A DNA stretch of 63,999 bases, the filler included, from Octopus bimaculoides (taxonomy: Eukaryota): the NCBI RefSeq assembly GCF_001194135.2. It is 3 parts of 2 records of this genome, joined end to end, with 100 filler letters (N's around TTAATTAATTAA, not from the genome) between each part and the next. Parts side by side here need not be neighbours in the genome. Positions count along the whole stretch, not along the records: positions 1 to 31,162 come from NC_068982.1; 2 more parts are not named here. The stretch is one strand, 5' to 3'. The translations under genes and the position numbers were made by a program. Position 1 is the first letter of the stretch; each line of letters starts with the position of its first letter. Under the pieces are notes generated by a model. It ran no database searches. It was not told the origin of the DNA and was given only the letters and a program-made list of their open reading frames with translations. This document shows positions 11,062 to 25,365 of this stretch, piece by piece.

Positions 11062-12173
11062 ATCCACTAAAAGCAGACGAATGGGTCGCAGAAAAAATAG
11101 TAATAGCTCTGTTCATCAGGTGTTGTTTAGGTATCTCTGTAATTTTGATAATATAAGCTAATACGAAATTTCGACGCTAAACATGCTTCTGGGAAAGTTG
11201 GTTTAATTTAGGCAAACAAAGCTGTTATAAGCAAAATATCGATTTCTTTTATTACTTTCTTCGCTGGTATTTTGCCATTTTTTAAAAGTTTTATTATTAG
11301 CTATTTTATATCCATGCAATCTAAATACCTCTTATTCTTAACTGAACACTCAACAGACCGATTGTTAGCTGACGTTCGTGTCTTCTGCACTGTTTAGTGT
11401 TCGTTTAAAATTATTGTTCCTATCGGTCAAGATGACACGAGACTGCGAAGAACTATTTTAACCATATAACAGATTGAGATAATTGCAGACGAAGATGCTT
11501 TTTCTCAAAGATCACGAAGATCAATCTTGAAAAGGTTGCTTACTATCTACACAAATTATATTATTGTGTAGGTGCTGAATACTTACTTAGCAGGGGTTCT
11601 GCGAAGTGTCTCTACCTCCTTAGACATAAAACAATTTAGGGTAAATAAATCTGCGCAATTTTGTAGTGATGAGATTTTACAATGTTTTAGAAATAAATAC
11701 GAGGCTGGAAAACAGATGTCTTTTTAAAAGAGATGTCTAGAAGAAAGATCGCATGTGAAATGATAATTATTTTGATAAATATTATTTATTGATATACAAA
11801 CCATGCAATATGTGTAACATACTTTATAACACAAATACAGTTACATGACTAAATATTATATTTTCTTATATGAGCGAATTCTAAACCTATTTCACTTTGC
11901 TTACGCTGTGATCTTTCCATCAGCTGATTTCCCATTTTCTCTATTGTATTTCATAATTTTGCTAGTCCTAAAGATGTGTGTGTGTGTGTGTGTGTGTGTG
12001 TTTACGTGTGTGTGTGTGCGTGTGTACTATGGCATGTGAAAATGTAGAAAAGAGGAGTACTTCGCACTTGATGTACAGGTTTATACTATATAATGATATT
12101 ATAATGATTATGATAGTTCTCGCGCCCCGTACTGCGTGAAACTTGAGTAACAGGAGAACTTTATTTTCAACTG

Positions 12174-12263
<90 letters not shown>

Positions 12264-12546
12264 CACACACCTTCAGATTATGTGTTAGAAGCACCTCTAT
12301 AAAGTAAATATCAGTATCACCTATTTAACGTATGTGTGTTGTTTAAACGTCAGAGATAGCGGTTTTCGTCCGGGAATAATCTTTTTAAAGATGTATATTT
12401 GCCCTTAGAAGTGATCACATTGCGAAAGCGATACTGCATTTCGCTGTAGGTGCGATTTATCAATGCCTCTCACTCGAGTCATCTCTGAAACCTGTGTTTT
12501 ATGTATGCATGTATGTATGTATGTATGTATGTATATATGTGCATGT

Positions 12547-12579
<33 letters not shown>

Positions 12580-12585
<6 letters not shown>

Positions 12586-13075
12586 TCATGCTGAATACGT
12601 ACTCTCTTATAAGTGTCGACCCTATCCTTAACCTGCTCCTCCATCTGTGGCGATGACAGGCATTGTTCTCCTCCATCTGTGGCGATGACAGGCATTGTTC
12701 TCCCAGTCAGTCTCCTGCATATCACAGGCCTTTAATGAAGACTTGACACAGTCCTTAAATCGCAGCCTTGGTTTCTGCCTGGGTCTCTTTCCATTCACAA
12801 GGTCCCCATGTAGCCTCTGCTTAGGGATCCTGCTATCCTTCGCTCTAATAAGGTGTCAAGTCCAACGTAACCGGTGGTTGTGCACCATCGCCTCAATACT
12901 CAAGATATCAGCTGTCTTCAGGACCTGCATGTCTGGAATTTTTAAGGTCCAGCCAACATTCAGGAAGATGTGTGTGTAGAATACTTAGATTTAAGGAGAG
13001 CAAGTGCTGGTAAGTTGACAACAGTTGCCCACATGCAACGTTTCACAAGGAAGCTCACACGCACATGGTTGTGAG
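12580..13075 (-). mobile_element. RTE (BovB-like) LINE ORF2 C-terminal fragment
   Basis: LNVGWTLKIPDMQVLKTADILSIEAMVHNHRLRWTWHLIRAKDSRIPKQRLHGDLVNGKRPRQKPRLRFKDCVKSSLKAC...WR, with the RLRW.GH..RM...R.PK motif. Contains a 32-bp tandem duplication at 12636-12699. Confidence 0.85.
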
Positions 13076-13082
13076 TGTATCC

Positions 13083-13113
<31 letters not shown>

Positions 13114-13749
13114 CATACATACATACATACGTACATACACACACACACACATACATACGCACATACACACACACACACAAACTCAGACATATGTCTGCTA
13201 TATAATGAAAGTATATCTGTTTGTATATATGCGTGTGCATGTCTGTCTACCTTTCTCAAGTCTTTTTTGTTACTGTCACAGGTTTTAAAATTTTAAAATC
13301 AATTGAAAATTTTCAAATGTGGTATATTGAATCCGATTTTGTTATTTACTTGTTCCAGAAAAATTGTAGAAAATGTTACAACGGTTTAAGATTTAATAGT
13401 TTTTACCTAATCAGAAAACAGGATTTGCAAGCTGGTATATTCTGCGTGATAGCTATCTATCATAAAGTGAAAGCAAAACATTACGACAATGAAAGATGCG
13501 AGTAGTTCTGAAGTTTTTGTGAGTTGTAAGGAACAGAGTCATGCGAAATGTTCGAACAGGCATGCAAATAATTTAAAAAGGAAAAAATCCTCTACGAAGG
13601 AGAATCTCAAAAATCTATCCTGATCAAGAGCCTTTCTGTAAGGAATAATAAAAAAAAAGGAATAAAAAATATATACGTAAAGGCATTCTACTGTGAAAGC
13701 TTGTTTCTGTGGAAGTTTGCTGTAGAATTCAGGATCTTGCAGATTTTAA

Positions 13750-14420
13750 TGTGCATATTGTAAATTTTTTCATTAAATCAGTCTAAGATACAAAATGTTG
13801 CCATCGGTATTGGTATCACGTAGGCATTATGCATTATTGTTTTGTTATAAGAGTACCATATCTTTTTTTAGCTTGGTACAATATTCTTTGGTCACTTAAT
13901 ATTTATTCATCATGCTGTTGTATAGTATATTTTGATCAATCTCATTGTATATTCATTGGGTGAAAAAGGGGACATGAACCAATCGTTGATGCCTGGTTTG
14001 AGCTTGGCAAAACAGTTTTCATAGTTCTGTCAAATATGAACATTCTTTTGCTTAAATTCTATTATTATATCAGCAGAAAATGTTCCTAAATCTATGTTAC
14101 TCAATATTGCCAAAATTTCGTGAGTGGATCATTAGATAGTCTATAAAGAAATTATGGGTTACGTTAAGTTTCTCTTGTAGTTTCACACTCTAGCACATTA
14201 CCGTGAACATTCGTAAAATAAATTATGGAGTTAGCGCAAAAATTAGCAGAAGCTCTGATAGACTGTGTCCTTAGAACATAGCTTCCCAAAAAGGGTCGGT
14301 TCAGCTCTCTGGTGGGTAATTTCAACTTACAGGTAGGTGATGGCCAAATTTCTAGAAAATGGTGGACGATTTGAGACTTTGGCGGGCGATATGAACATTT
14401 TGTGGGTGACAATGAATTTT
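13750..14420 (-). mobile_element. possible highly decayed hAT (Charlie-like) transposase C-terminal remnant
   Basis: Weak motifs only: HFLEIW, RELNRPFLG, NDWFMSPF. Many stops. Confidence 0.3.
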
Positions 14421-15144
14421 TTGAAACTAAGTCTGCATTTACTGATATTTAGACATGCCTAGAATAAAGATGCACTTTTATCGATTTGACTACTCGCATG
14501 AGATGTCCCTTTTCATTAAAAACGTGGACTTGTTTATCGATCGAATATTTTTGTCGTAGTCATTGAGATGGTTGTCATGCGTGCTAAAAATAGCAACCAA
14601 ATAGGCCTAGGCCTTAAATCACACTCCACTACATTTTTTTGGCATAATCGTATGAGGTCCCGCGTATAGAATTCAAATTCGCAAAAATTTCCTGAAACCT
14701 CCGAAAAATAAAAAAACACTACGAGGGACTATATGTCGTGCGTAATTCTGTGGTTTCATATCAAAACACAACTGCTATTTTCTGGATATTGACAAAATGT
14801 GCAGTCACACACAAAATGACTGGTTTGAAATCGTGTTTCTTTGACTGTGTGAAAATGATCAAACTTTAAACCTCTATAACTTTTTAAAAACATTTTTCTG
14901 GAAAAAGTTGAATAATAACTCCAGCAATTTGGCTTGAAAAGGTGCATTAATGTGCCAAATTTTAAAATTTTCGATAAACTTTAATTTTTGAAATGCTGGC
15001 AGCCAAACGAACTAGATCCTCCGTATTTGCTCCAATAAAGACGTGTCGTCTGACTCTGCTCTATTGACTTCTTCTCTTTGGGAATACCATACTGCCTTTC
15101 TGACGCCATCTGTAGAAATTCGTTTTCACATTTTCACTTTACTG

Positions 15145-15802
15145 ATGCCTCCAGTCAAGAAAATTTGTCGACAGTACAGTAGTGATTATTTATCGTTTGG
15201 ATTTATTCCCTCTCTTCAGAACTGTCAGTTACCAATGTCCCTTCTTTGCCATCAAACATTGACCATCGAAGCAATTAAACCTTCACACTTGACGTATGAC
15301 TTTGATGCAAAGCATTCTGAGAAGAAGAACAAGCCGCTATCATACTTTTTACAACTGAGCTCCTCTTTCAAAAAGTAAATACAAACATTCAGCACGATAC
15401 TCCAAGAAACTAGTAAACAGAAGAATGTCGGATTGATTGAATCGTACAACATTGTATTGCTTGTTGCTAAGTCTGGGAAGTTTCACACAATTGAAGAAAC
15501 ATTACTTCACCCAGTTATCAAAGAGGTTTTGTCAACAGTTATGCACGAAAAACCCGATAACATTATGAAGAAGATCCCACTTAGAAATAATGCAATTTCT
15601 CGAAGCATCGATAAAATGGCCAATGATGTCAAACATCAATCAACTCATTAATATTCTCCAGCGTTCTGAATTTTCTATACAAGTGAATGAGTTAACTGTT
15701 GTGGATAATCAATGTTTGATGATGGTATATGCTCTGTATTTCAGCGAAGATCATCAAACTTGTGAGGAAATGCTTTTCAAAGCCCTTGGAAACTACTTCT
15801 AA
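15145..15802 (+). mobile_element. hAT Charlie-type transposase N-terminal remnant
   Basis: MPPVKKICRQYSSDYLSFGFIP...LCHQTLTIEAIKPSHL; SYNIVLLVAKSGKFHTIEETLLHP; IPLRNNAISRSIDKMANDV; FSIQVNELT...EEMLF. These match the ZBED5/Charlie pattern (YLxFGF, KPSxL, HTIGExL, PLSNNT, FSxQxDE). Confidence 0.85.
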
Positions 15803-15817
15803 AGCTCCAGACACACA

Positions 15818-15884
<67 letters not shown>

Positions 15885-16099
15885 TTATTGCCTTAGATGT
15901 GTGTGTATGTATATCTGTGTGCGAGTGTGTCACTGTAGAAGTCACTTGTGCAACTTGTTTGCGCAGATATTGGCTTAGTGGTACAGAGTGTTTGGAAACT
16001 GCGAATAAGGTGCATGTGTGCATATATACACACATGCATGCACATATGTATGTGTGTGTGCGTGTGTGTGTATGTGTGCATATCAAATCATTAATATAA

Positions 16100-16265
16100 A
16101 TGTTCTTGCTGTTTAGTCCCAGATTTGTCTTGATCTAAGAGAACTATTGTGAATGTCTTTCCAGATATCATCGTACAGAATATGCATTTTAAAGTCAGTA
16201 CATCATGATTTCATGGAATTTCGGTTGCTATTTCTAGCTGGACGTGTGATCACTTAGAAGCTCTA
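16100..16265 (+). mobile_element. SINE-like family C, decayed
   Basis: tttagtcccag...ttcggttgctatttctagc. Related copies at about 36915-37095(-), 43455-43675(+), 48910-49075(-) and 63540-63615(+). Confidence 0.5.
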
Positions 16266-18109
16266 TCGTATAATTTTTCTTTCATATATTGATACAATGC
16301 CAATAGAATGTGTGCCATTGATTTCCATAGAATTGATTGTGTTAGTGGTTTGGTGGGTTTTTTTTATATTGGTGGCAGGGAATGTGGATGACATCGCATT
16401 CACCCTTATCGGCATTCTATTTCAAGAAAACGCTAATATTGTTTAATGTTTAGTCCGACGCTCGATCGGTTCGTTTATACGACTCTTTATAATATATACA
16501 TATCCTCCTTTTGTAAATAACAATTTCATATGTAAAGATAACATGCTCATGCGCACTTACATGTACAAACACACAAACACACACACATATGTACACTCAT
16601 ATACACATGCATATATACATCTATATATTTGTGTATATACATATACTCTGTGTGCGTGCACGCGCGTGTTTATGTATGTATGTATGTATGTATGTATGTA
16701 TGTATGTATGTATGTATGTATGTATGCATATATATATGTATGTACGCAAATTAACGTACATGTTTGTTTGATGAAGGGAAGGCTTTATCTATATGACATC
16801 CGCTGTGAAAATATACTTATCTTTTAGAATAATATAATTTCTTAAGTTTTATCTCATTTTTAAGCACCGACGTTTTCGAACCATCTTACTATATACTGAC
16901 GGATTATCAGCAAATTACAAAGCTGCAGTTTATACTGGACAGCAAGTGCATTGTTGACGATAAATAAAAACATTGAGTAACATGGGACGTAGTACATAAA
17001 ACTTGCATATATTTTATGCAATAATGGTTCATTTCTGTTCAGTTGAAAAGTTTATTTTCAGAAAGGTTTCAAAACAATGTTATCTTTTTTCCCTATCCAA
17101 TTGAGCTTTAGGTTTTAGATATGTGTTACCAAAATTCCAAAGACTACTGTATTGTCTTGTCCTCTTAGAATAAATTCGGCATTCCAAAAATGGCTTTATA
17201 AGTCTTAAATTAACTGTAATATATTTATAAGTAAGCTATAATTATAGGATGTGGTGATATTTTCTAAGACCAGGGATTTTATTTTATTTTATTTTTATTC
17301 TTTAATGTCATGGTACTGCTTTCTAACTGCAATATTGTGGTGAGTGGGATTTGCTGAAATTCTTATAAATTCATTCTTAGATTTTCTTCTTACAGATACT
17401 TAGCAAAAGTAAAATAAGATGTATACAGGTATTCAAAACTGTTTATTTCATTTGATTGTTAATCCAAAACTACTTGAGGCCTGCGGATCGAAACATTAGC
17501 CCTAATAGACGGCAGCAATTTTTTTGACGTTATTCTGGATGAAAGAGGTTGATAAGAAAAATAAAATTAGCAATTCAGATTATGTGTAATTTCAAACAAT
17601 CGTCTTTAAATATTATATCGCTTTAACTGCTTGACTATGGAGATATATGATCAGGTTCAGTTACAGAGAACTATCGATAAAACCATCTTGCAAATTAATA
17701 TTATTTAATTTAAATAGTGTTAGCTGTCACTTTTTAATTATCAGATCAGGACCAGTTCTATCATCAACTGATAAAAGTTTGCTACTGCAGTTCTACATAT
17801 TCACGGTCGAGGGTCAGGCTACTAAACCGACAACCTACTGTGCTTGCTCAGTAAGAATGGTGTGGAGATACTTAACGGGATGAAAGGAAACCCGTAAAAC
17901 CAGTCAAAGAAAGATGAGTTTCATGAGAGCCAGCAATACGGATAATCTAGAAAGGTGATGAGCGCAATCAGATTTATCAAGCCCCATGAAACGTTAGAAT
18001 GAAAGTTATATTTATGTGGAATGCTGTACCGGACGAATGAGGGTTCAAGTTTATAACGTCTGCATGCTTCACTGAAATACTCCAGAATGGAGTAGAAAAA
18101 CATTCTGCT

Positions 18110-18125
18110 GCTGATGCTTCTGATG

Positions 18126-18172
<47 letters not shown>

Positions 18173-18407
18173 GCTACTGCTGCTGCTGCTGCCACTACAA
18201 CTACTACTACTACTATTACTACTGCTGCTGCTGCNNNNNNNNNNNNNNNNNNNNNNNNNNNNNNNNNNNNNNNNNNNNNNNNNNNNNNNNNNNNNNNNNN
18301 NNNNNNNNNNNNNNNNNNNNNNNNNNNNNNNNNNNNNNNNNNNNNNNNNNNNNNNNNNNNNNNNNNNNNNNNNNNNNNNNNNNNNNNNNNNNNNNNAACT
18401 ACTACTA

Positions 18408-18495
<88 letters not shown>
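18110..18495. repeat. (CTA)n/(CTG)n trinucleotide array spanning a gap
   Basis: Directly visible. Confidence 0.95.
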
Positions 18496-18524
18496 CACAA
18501 ACAAGTATCGGAAACAGGCTACTA

Positions 18525-20250
18525 AAAGGGAGGATAACAAATGGAACATGGAATGTCAGATGATGAAACTTAGAAATAACGGAAATTCGACACAAATACA
18601 ATAAGCTGACGTACAAGTATTTAAGAACACTGTCTCTATCATTTGATTGTTAACTTAAATCAATTCGGCACTTCTTCTCTTAAAAATTATCACGTGAAGG
18701 TCAATAACAAAACTTCTGCTTGTTCTAAAAAATAAGATGTACTGGTCAATAAGACAAAATAATAGTTAAGAGAATCAGACTTACGTACCTACTTTTATTA
18801 AAATACAAATTCAATTATTCGTTTCTATTTTTATTACATGAAAGCACTAAATAATTTTATAATCTCCAAACAATCATCTTTAAACATAGTTCTTTACCTG
18901 CATATCTTCACAGAGAAATGATCAGGTTTGTTACAGATGTCTACCAATAGAATTAATAATGTTATTTACTCCAAATAATGCAAAGTATTATCAATTGCCA
19001 GATAGGAACCAATTCCATCACAAGGAAACATGCTATTGGCGCTATGTAATCCAGTACTACCTATTAATGGTCGGTGTTGGGCGACTAAGCCGGCACTATA
19101 CTTGGCTTTCTCAGTGAGAAGTGTGTGCATTAGGCAGATGATCTTGAGTACTAACGACACTAGTATTCTGGAAATGTGATGGGCACTGCCTGGGTTACAG
19201 ATCCAAATGAAACTTTTCTATGGCAGTTTCAGCAATATTTAACTTTACACAAGACAAGACGGGGGTCAGGATTAATAACTAAAGAACAATAGGGTGGAGT
19301 CCACAAATATTCTATTACTGAAAAATTTGGTGTCTATTTTGGTCAAATGTTAAAGAAACTATCAAGAAAATAGTTTAAAATGATAATAGGAGACTAGCAT
19401 GTAAAATTGGTCCTAGTGCAAATTTACACTGGCAAGAAAGTTCAGATAAATGTGGTCATGATATAACCAATGATCGATGTGTTAGGGTGCTAGAATTTGG
19501 TAGTCAATACAAAATATCAACACAAAATATCAAGAAATCAATAGATCTCGGCGACGTCACTAAAGCACAATATGACTATATTTTGGTTGACAAGCTTATG
19601 CAAATATGCTTAATGGAGATAAATCTAGAAAATTTCTAGATACAAGCATCGGCCGTGATTACAATTTATTCATGACAAGCATAATGGGGAATTTAAAGCA
19701 TATAGCTAAAGTAAGGACAATGTGGGTAAAATACAATACAAATAGATATAAAATTGCAGTCAGAAATCAAAAACAATCATTTATCGCAGAAATTGAAATT
19801 AAATCCCCACCTCCACCCCCACTAATGGGGCTGGAAGATGAAAATGTTGAAGAGCTAATACAAAATTCACAGAGGAATCTAACGTAAGTGCTAGTAAAAT
19901 TTTAGGCAATGCATAAAAGGAGAACAGTTCTGGATGAAGAAACACATTCTCGGTAAGCACGGCGGAAAATGAATTATAAAATCCTGCGAGATACCAATTA
20001 ATACCAAGCTGAAACCATATGTAGAAGTCCAAAAATAAAGGAGACTACGATAATTTCATACCAAAGACATGTTAAGAGTTTGAAAGAGGGAGTTGATGGA
20101 ATATGAAAAAGGTATGCTAAATGGTCAAAACGTTGACGGAAAATAGAGGAAAAAGCAGCAATGATTGTTATTATAGACACGTAGGTGATCTGTTGATGAA
20201 AAAAAATGCAGATAGACGAAATCTATAAAATACATATACAACTAAACCCA
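18525..20250 (+). mobile_element. old RTE-type LINE, AP-endonuclease region (decayed)
   Basis: GTWNVR (about 18545); MIIGD(fs)ACKIG...TNDRCVRVLEF (about 19380-19500); DVTKAQYDYILVDK...FLDTSIGRDYNL (about 19550-19670; compare NQIDYIL...GSDHNL). Confidence 0.7.
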
Positions 20251-20323
20251 GAGGGGTAGCGGGGAAGAGCAAGGGGTTACTGCTTCGGGTTGACCCTCTT
20301 ATGGAGGAGTTTGGGGTTTGCTG

Positions 20324-21069
20324 TGTAACGTGGCGCCAAATTCATAACAGCCGGCAATATGACGTAATGTCGTATGCCGAGGAAATATGATTGTCGTTTT
20401 CCCATTGGTTGAAATAACTGCTCATATTTGAATTCTGAGAATCAGTAAAAGAATATTTTTATGAAATTTCTATTCTTGAAAGTCAAGTTGAGCAGTTATA
20501 AAAACCCAGGATTTAGGAGAAAACTTTAGTGTCTGTGGTTGTCTAAATTAATCTACGTCACTCAAATCCAGAGTAATGGTTGTTACCATGAGAAATACTC
20601 TTTAAAGTCCGACACCGATTTTGCTTGTCGTGTTTCATTCATCAGAATTAGCTAGAAAAATATATGTAATAATGTATATAAATAAAATATATAAAATGAT
20701 ATTTCATCTTCCTCCAATTCTTCCCAACCTGTTTAACATATTCAATTCTGTTTAATAATCTGTAAGTTTCTATTTTATAGCTGTACATAATAAGAACACG
20801 ATCTTCAACATACATTTTCATAAGACGTATAAGTGTACATTACCGTCCGTACAAGACTTACGTTAACATGACGTACATTTTAATTTGAGAGATAATACTT
20901 ATTGATATCCTTTACAAGTTAAGGAACGGCTTTATCAATATCAACTTTCACTCAAGACAATTAAATATATACACTCGTAATTGAGTGTAAAATAAGCAGC
21001 CGTAAAATAATTATTTCAATTACCATAACTGTTGTAGAAAAACTGGTGACTACCAATAAAACCGTTATA
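20324..21069 (+). repeat. 5' LTR (746 bp)
   Basis: tgtaacgtggcgccaaattc...aaaaccgttata. Aligns to 25366-26085 with roughly 5% substitutions by eye and two main indels. Confidence 0.92.
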
Positions 21070-21073
21070 AAAC

Positions 21074-21089
21074 TGGTGACCTCAATGTG
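21074..21089 (+). other. primer-binding site, tRNA-Trp type
   Basis: tggtgacctcaatgtg versus the CsRn1-clade PBS TGGTGACCCCGACGTG. All three differences are transitions consistent with CpG decay. Confidence 0.75.
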
Positions 21090-21247
21090 TAAGTAAGGGT
21101 GTGGAAAGAAGAATGCTGAAGAAAGAAACTATAGAAAAAATGTTTTAACTGCACTTTCTAGCAATATAAAAATAATATTTAGAGCTGTTGAAAGCTTAAT
21201 AACATAGCGTAAAAAAATTTTCTGTTGGAAAAATTTTTATAGACATA

Positions 21248-22050
21248 AATGGAGCAGAATTTAAAAGAATTTGAGATGTCATATTTTGATAGGAGTTATA
21301 CACAAGCTTCAGTAAAGAGACACAATCATCTGGTTGACACAACTGGAGGCAAGCTTTAAAGCAAACCGTGTAATAAATGAAGAGCAAAAATATAATTTAA
21401 TGCTGAGTAATTTACCCCCACCTCTAAGCAAGGAGATTAGAGATTTATTTTTAAATCCTATCGAGCCAGTTTCATATTCTGCTGTAAAGGAAGAAATCTT
21501 AAAAAGAACTTCAAATTCAAAACAGAAAGAACTTGCAAAACTATTTAATAACGAAGAATTAGGCAATAAGAAGCCAACACAACTTTTTCGGAGAATGAAC
21601 GAACTTCTTGGGGATCAACAAATAAAAGAATCTTACCTCAAAGATGTTTTCTTTACTAAATTGTCTTACAAGACGCAAACTTTGCTTTCGGCTGTTAAGA
21701 ATCAAAACTCTTTTCAACAATTGGCAGAGTTGGCAGACGACATTTTGGAATTGTCATCTAGAGAGTCTGTGAATGCATTCCCATCTATTTCTACCGAAAT
21801 ACAGGCATTGAAAGAAATTTACGAGAAACAATTCGAGTTGTTGACGAAGAAAATCGAAAGTCTTCAACTCGAAAGAGACAGTCGCTCTACTAAAAGAAAC
21901 GACGCAAGAAGGCGAAAGTGATCAAGAAGTCCAAGTTCCAAAAGAAACGCCATATGTTGGTATCATGCAAAATTTGGTGACAGATCATTCAAGTATATTA
22001 AGCCATGTGCATTTGATTTTATAAACAACAAAAAAATTTGGGAAACTTCT
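21248..22050 (+). pseudogene. gag (CsRn1-type)
   Basis: IWLTQLEASF...LFNNEELGNKKPTQLFRRM; after a stop, ICWYHAKFGDRSFKYIKPC, the CsRn1 C-x2-H-x9-C-x3-C motif with one Cys lost. Confidence 0.85.
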
Positions 22051-22099
22051 CAGCCACAGATTAGATGTGACGAAATCTGTGGACAGCTTGCTTCATTAA

Positions 22100-24969
22100 A
22101 AGTCGCGTATTTTTCGTTTTTGACACGAACTCGAAAGAAAGGTTTTTGGTAGATACAAGAGCAGCCAGTTCAATTTGGCCTGTAAAACGTTTGAAAGAGA
22201 AACCAAAACCTGTTTATTTGACTCTTCTAGCAGTTAATCAGTCTGAAATCCGAACATGTGGAGAGATTAGTTTAACTATGAATTTAAATTTAGGAAGACA
22301 ATATAAGTGGATCTTCATAGTAGCAGATTTGCTTTACCCAATATTAGGGGCAGATTTTCTAGCACACTATCATTTAATGGTAGATGTAAAAACCAAAAGC
22401 TGTTAGACACAGAAACTTCATTAAAAATCCAAGGAATGAGATGCACAAAGGCCACAGTCAGTCCATTGTATTTCATGGCGTCCTCAGAAAATCATTATCA
22501 CAGGATGTTGAAGAATTACCCTAAAATTACGAAACCATTAGCTCTAAATACCAAGTGTATGCATTCAGTAACACATCACATCATCACACAAGGACCACCA
22601 AGTTTTTCCAAGCCGAGAAGACTATCTTCGGAAAAACTGAAGGTTGCTAAGGCCGAGTTTAATCATATGTTGGACCTTGGTATAATTCGTCCTTCCAGTA
22701 GTAGCTGGTCAACAACGTTAGTTATGGTGAAGAAGAATCTCATTGACTGGCGTCCTTGTGAAGATTTTAGACAACTTAATGCGAAAACACAGCCAGACAA
22801 ATATCCAATTCTCCACATTATGGATTTTGCAACTTCTTTGAGTGGTTGTACTATTTTTTCGAAAATTGACTTAGAGCATATAATCAAATTCCTGTTGAAG
22901 AGAAGGATATACCGAAAACAGCAATTACCACTCCATTTGGGTTATCTGAATTCCTTCGCATGCCTTTCGGATTGAGAAACACAGCAAATAACTTTCAAAG
23001 ATTTATGGATGAAGTAACAAGATATTTACCTTTCGTATTTGCTTATAACGATGATATTCTCATTGCTAGTCCATCAGAAGAAGCTCATGAAGACCATTTA
23101 AAACAAATTTTCGAGAGATTGACGAAATATGGCATTGTGATAAATCCATCGAAGTGTGTTTCTGGTGAACCCATTATATCTTTTCTGGGTCATCTTATTG
23201 ATAAAGATGGAATTCGACCATTGCCAGAGAAAGTTGAAGCTATTAAAAAATTTCCAGTACCAAATTCTTTAAGAAAGCTCAGAGAATTTTTAGGGATAGT
23301 TAATCTTTATAGAAAATTTATTCCTAAGGTGACTGAGACCCTATATCCCTTAACTGGACTATTGAAGAATAGAAAAAAGAAAAATGAATTAATAACTTAA
23401 ATGAAGAATTGCAAGCTTTAAAAAACATAAAAGATAAACTGTGTGATGCAACCCTATTAAACCATCTGGTTCCTGAGGCGAAATTATCATTAGTTGTTGA
23501 TGCTTCAAATATAGGTATAGGGGCTGTTTTACAGCAATTTAATCGTGGTTCTTGGCAACCATTGTCCTGCTTCTCAAAAACATTCAAGGCACCTGAAACA
23601 AAGTACATTGTTTTCGGCAGAGAACTGTTGGCAACTTATTTGTCAATTAAATACTTCAGACATCTTGAAGGTAGGTCATTTACTTTATTAACTGACCATA
23701 AACCGTTAACATATGCATTAAAAAGTTCTTCGGAGAAATATTCTCCTAGAAAAATTAGACACCTTGATTTTATTTCACAGTTTACTGTGAATATACGGTA
23801 TATCAAGGGTGTTGAAAATTCTGCAGCTGATGCACTTTCTAGAATGAATGTAGATACATTAAATTCATTAAACACTATAAATTTGGAAGAAATGTCTAAG
23901 GAGCAGGTTGCGGATAAAGAATTTTCTTTATATAAAAATTCCAGTTCCACTTCTTTAAAATTCAAATTGTTGCCGATCCATTCGTGTAAATCACATATTT
24001 GGTGTGATATTTCTACAGGTTTTTCGAGACCATTTGTACCTGAAAAGCATAGAAAAGTTGTTTTTTCTACCTTACATAATTTATCTCATCCTGGTATTGG
24101 AGCTTCATTGAAATTAATATCAAGTCGATTTGTTTGGCTTGGTATGAATAAGGATATTCGTTCCGGGGTCAAGTCATGTATGCAGTGTCAAAAATCAAAA
24201 GTACATCGTCATATCAAAGCACCATTAGGTACATTTGCAAATCCAGATGCGAGCTTCCAACAAATCCACATCGATATAGTTGGACCCTTAACTCCATGTG
24301 AAGATAACATTTATTTGTTGACATGTATAGATCGTTTCTCGCGATGGCCAGAAGCTTATCTCATCAAAGATGTTTCTGCAAAAACTATAGTAAAAACTTT
24401 GTTTACTAATTGGATTTACTAATTTATCCAGATTCGGCGTCCCGGATAAATTAACGACCGATCGTGGTAGACAATTTGAGTCTACCCTTTTAGCAGAATT
24501 CAATAAATTATTGGGGATTAATAGAATCCGTACGACTTCTTATCATCCACAGTCTAATGGCACGATAGAGAGATTTCATAGACAGTTAAAATCTTCATTA
24601 AGAACTTATTCTGATTCTAGCAGTTGGCTAGAAGCTTTACTAGTGGTATTGTTAGGAATCAGAAGTGCTGTTAAAGAAATTTTACTATATTCTCCTGTTG
24701 AACTCTTGTACGGAACAACATAAACTCTACCTGGTCAAATGTTCGAAGAAACCAATTCTTTTAATGGAGATGTTACTCATAATTCACTGAATTATAAATA
24801 CACTGAACCTTTTAAAGTTTTGTCAATTAAAGATAAAACTATGACTTTGGATATGCATGGTAAAAAAGAGATTGTCAGTTTAGACAGAGTAAAAAAAGCT
24901 TATTTCGATCAGTATTCATGTCCTGAAAATGAAGATGCGAGCGATACATCTCGACATAATTTGAAATAG
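22100..24969 (+). pseudogene. pol (protease, RT, RNase H, integrase), frameshifted
   Basis: FLVDTRA (PR); [30 protein letters not shown] (RT); VDAS, ELLA, TDHKPL (RH); [45 protein letters not shown] (IN). Internal deletion before YTEPFKV. Confidence 0.92.
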
Positions 24970-25365
24970 TGTAATATTCAAAACAGCGAATCTAAGGTTA
25001 ATGGAAACACTCAAAAGTCAATTTTGAAATCACCTACCCAAGTGAAAAAAAATAGAAGTGGTGGAATTGTACATTTTCCAAAAAAAAAAAAAAAGAAAAT
25101 TCTCAGTTTGTTAGAGGATTTTCACAATTTTTTTTTTTATATTCCTGGATTATTTAAAGAAAAAAAAATGTTTTCTGTAAACTGAAATGAACTGTACATA
25201 AGCGCTTGTAATTGTAAAGCCGTGTTGAAAGGCTATTTTCTTATGTTTAACATGGAATTTGTGAATACATTGTATATTTTAACTTGTTAAAAGTATTAAT
25301 TCAAACATTGTATTACGAATTTCTTTTTTGTAAAATTTTGACAATTCTACTGGTGAAAGGCTGAA

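Noticed and set aside
1065-13075. The two minus-strand RTE pieces (12580-13075 and 1065-1875) as one element split by 10.7 kb of insertions
   Set aside because: They appear to overlap slightly in consensus position, and several gaps intervene. Separate copies of one family are more parsimonious.
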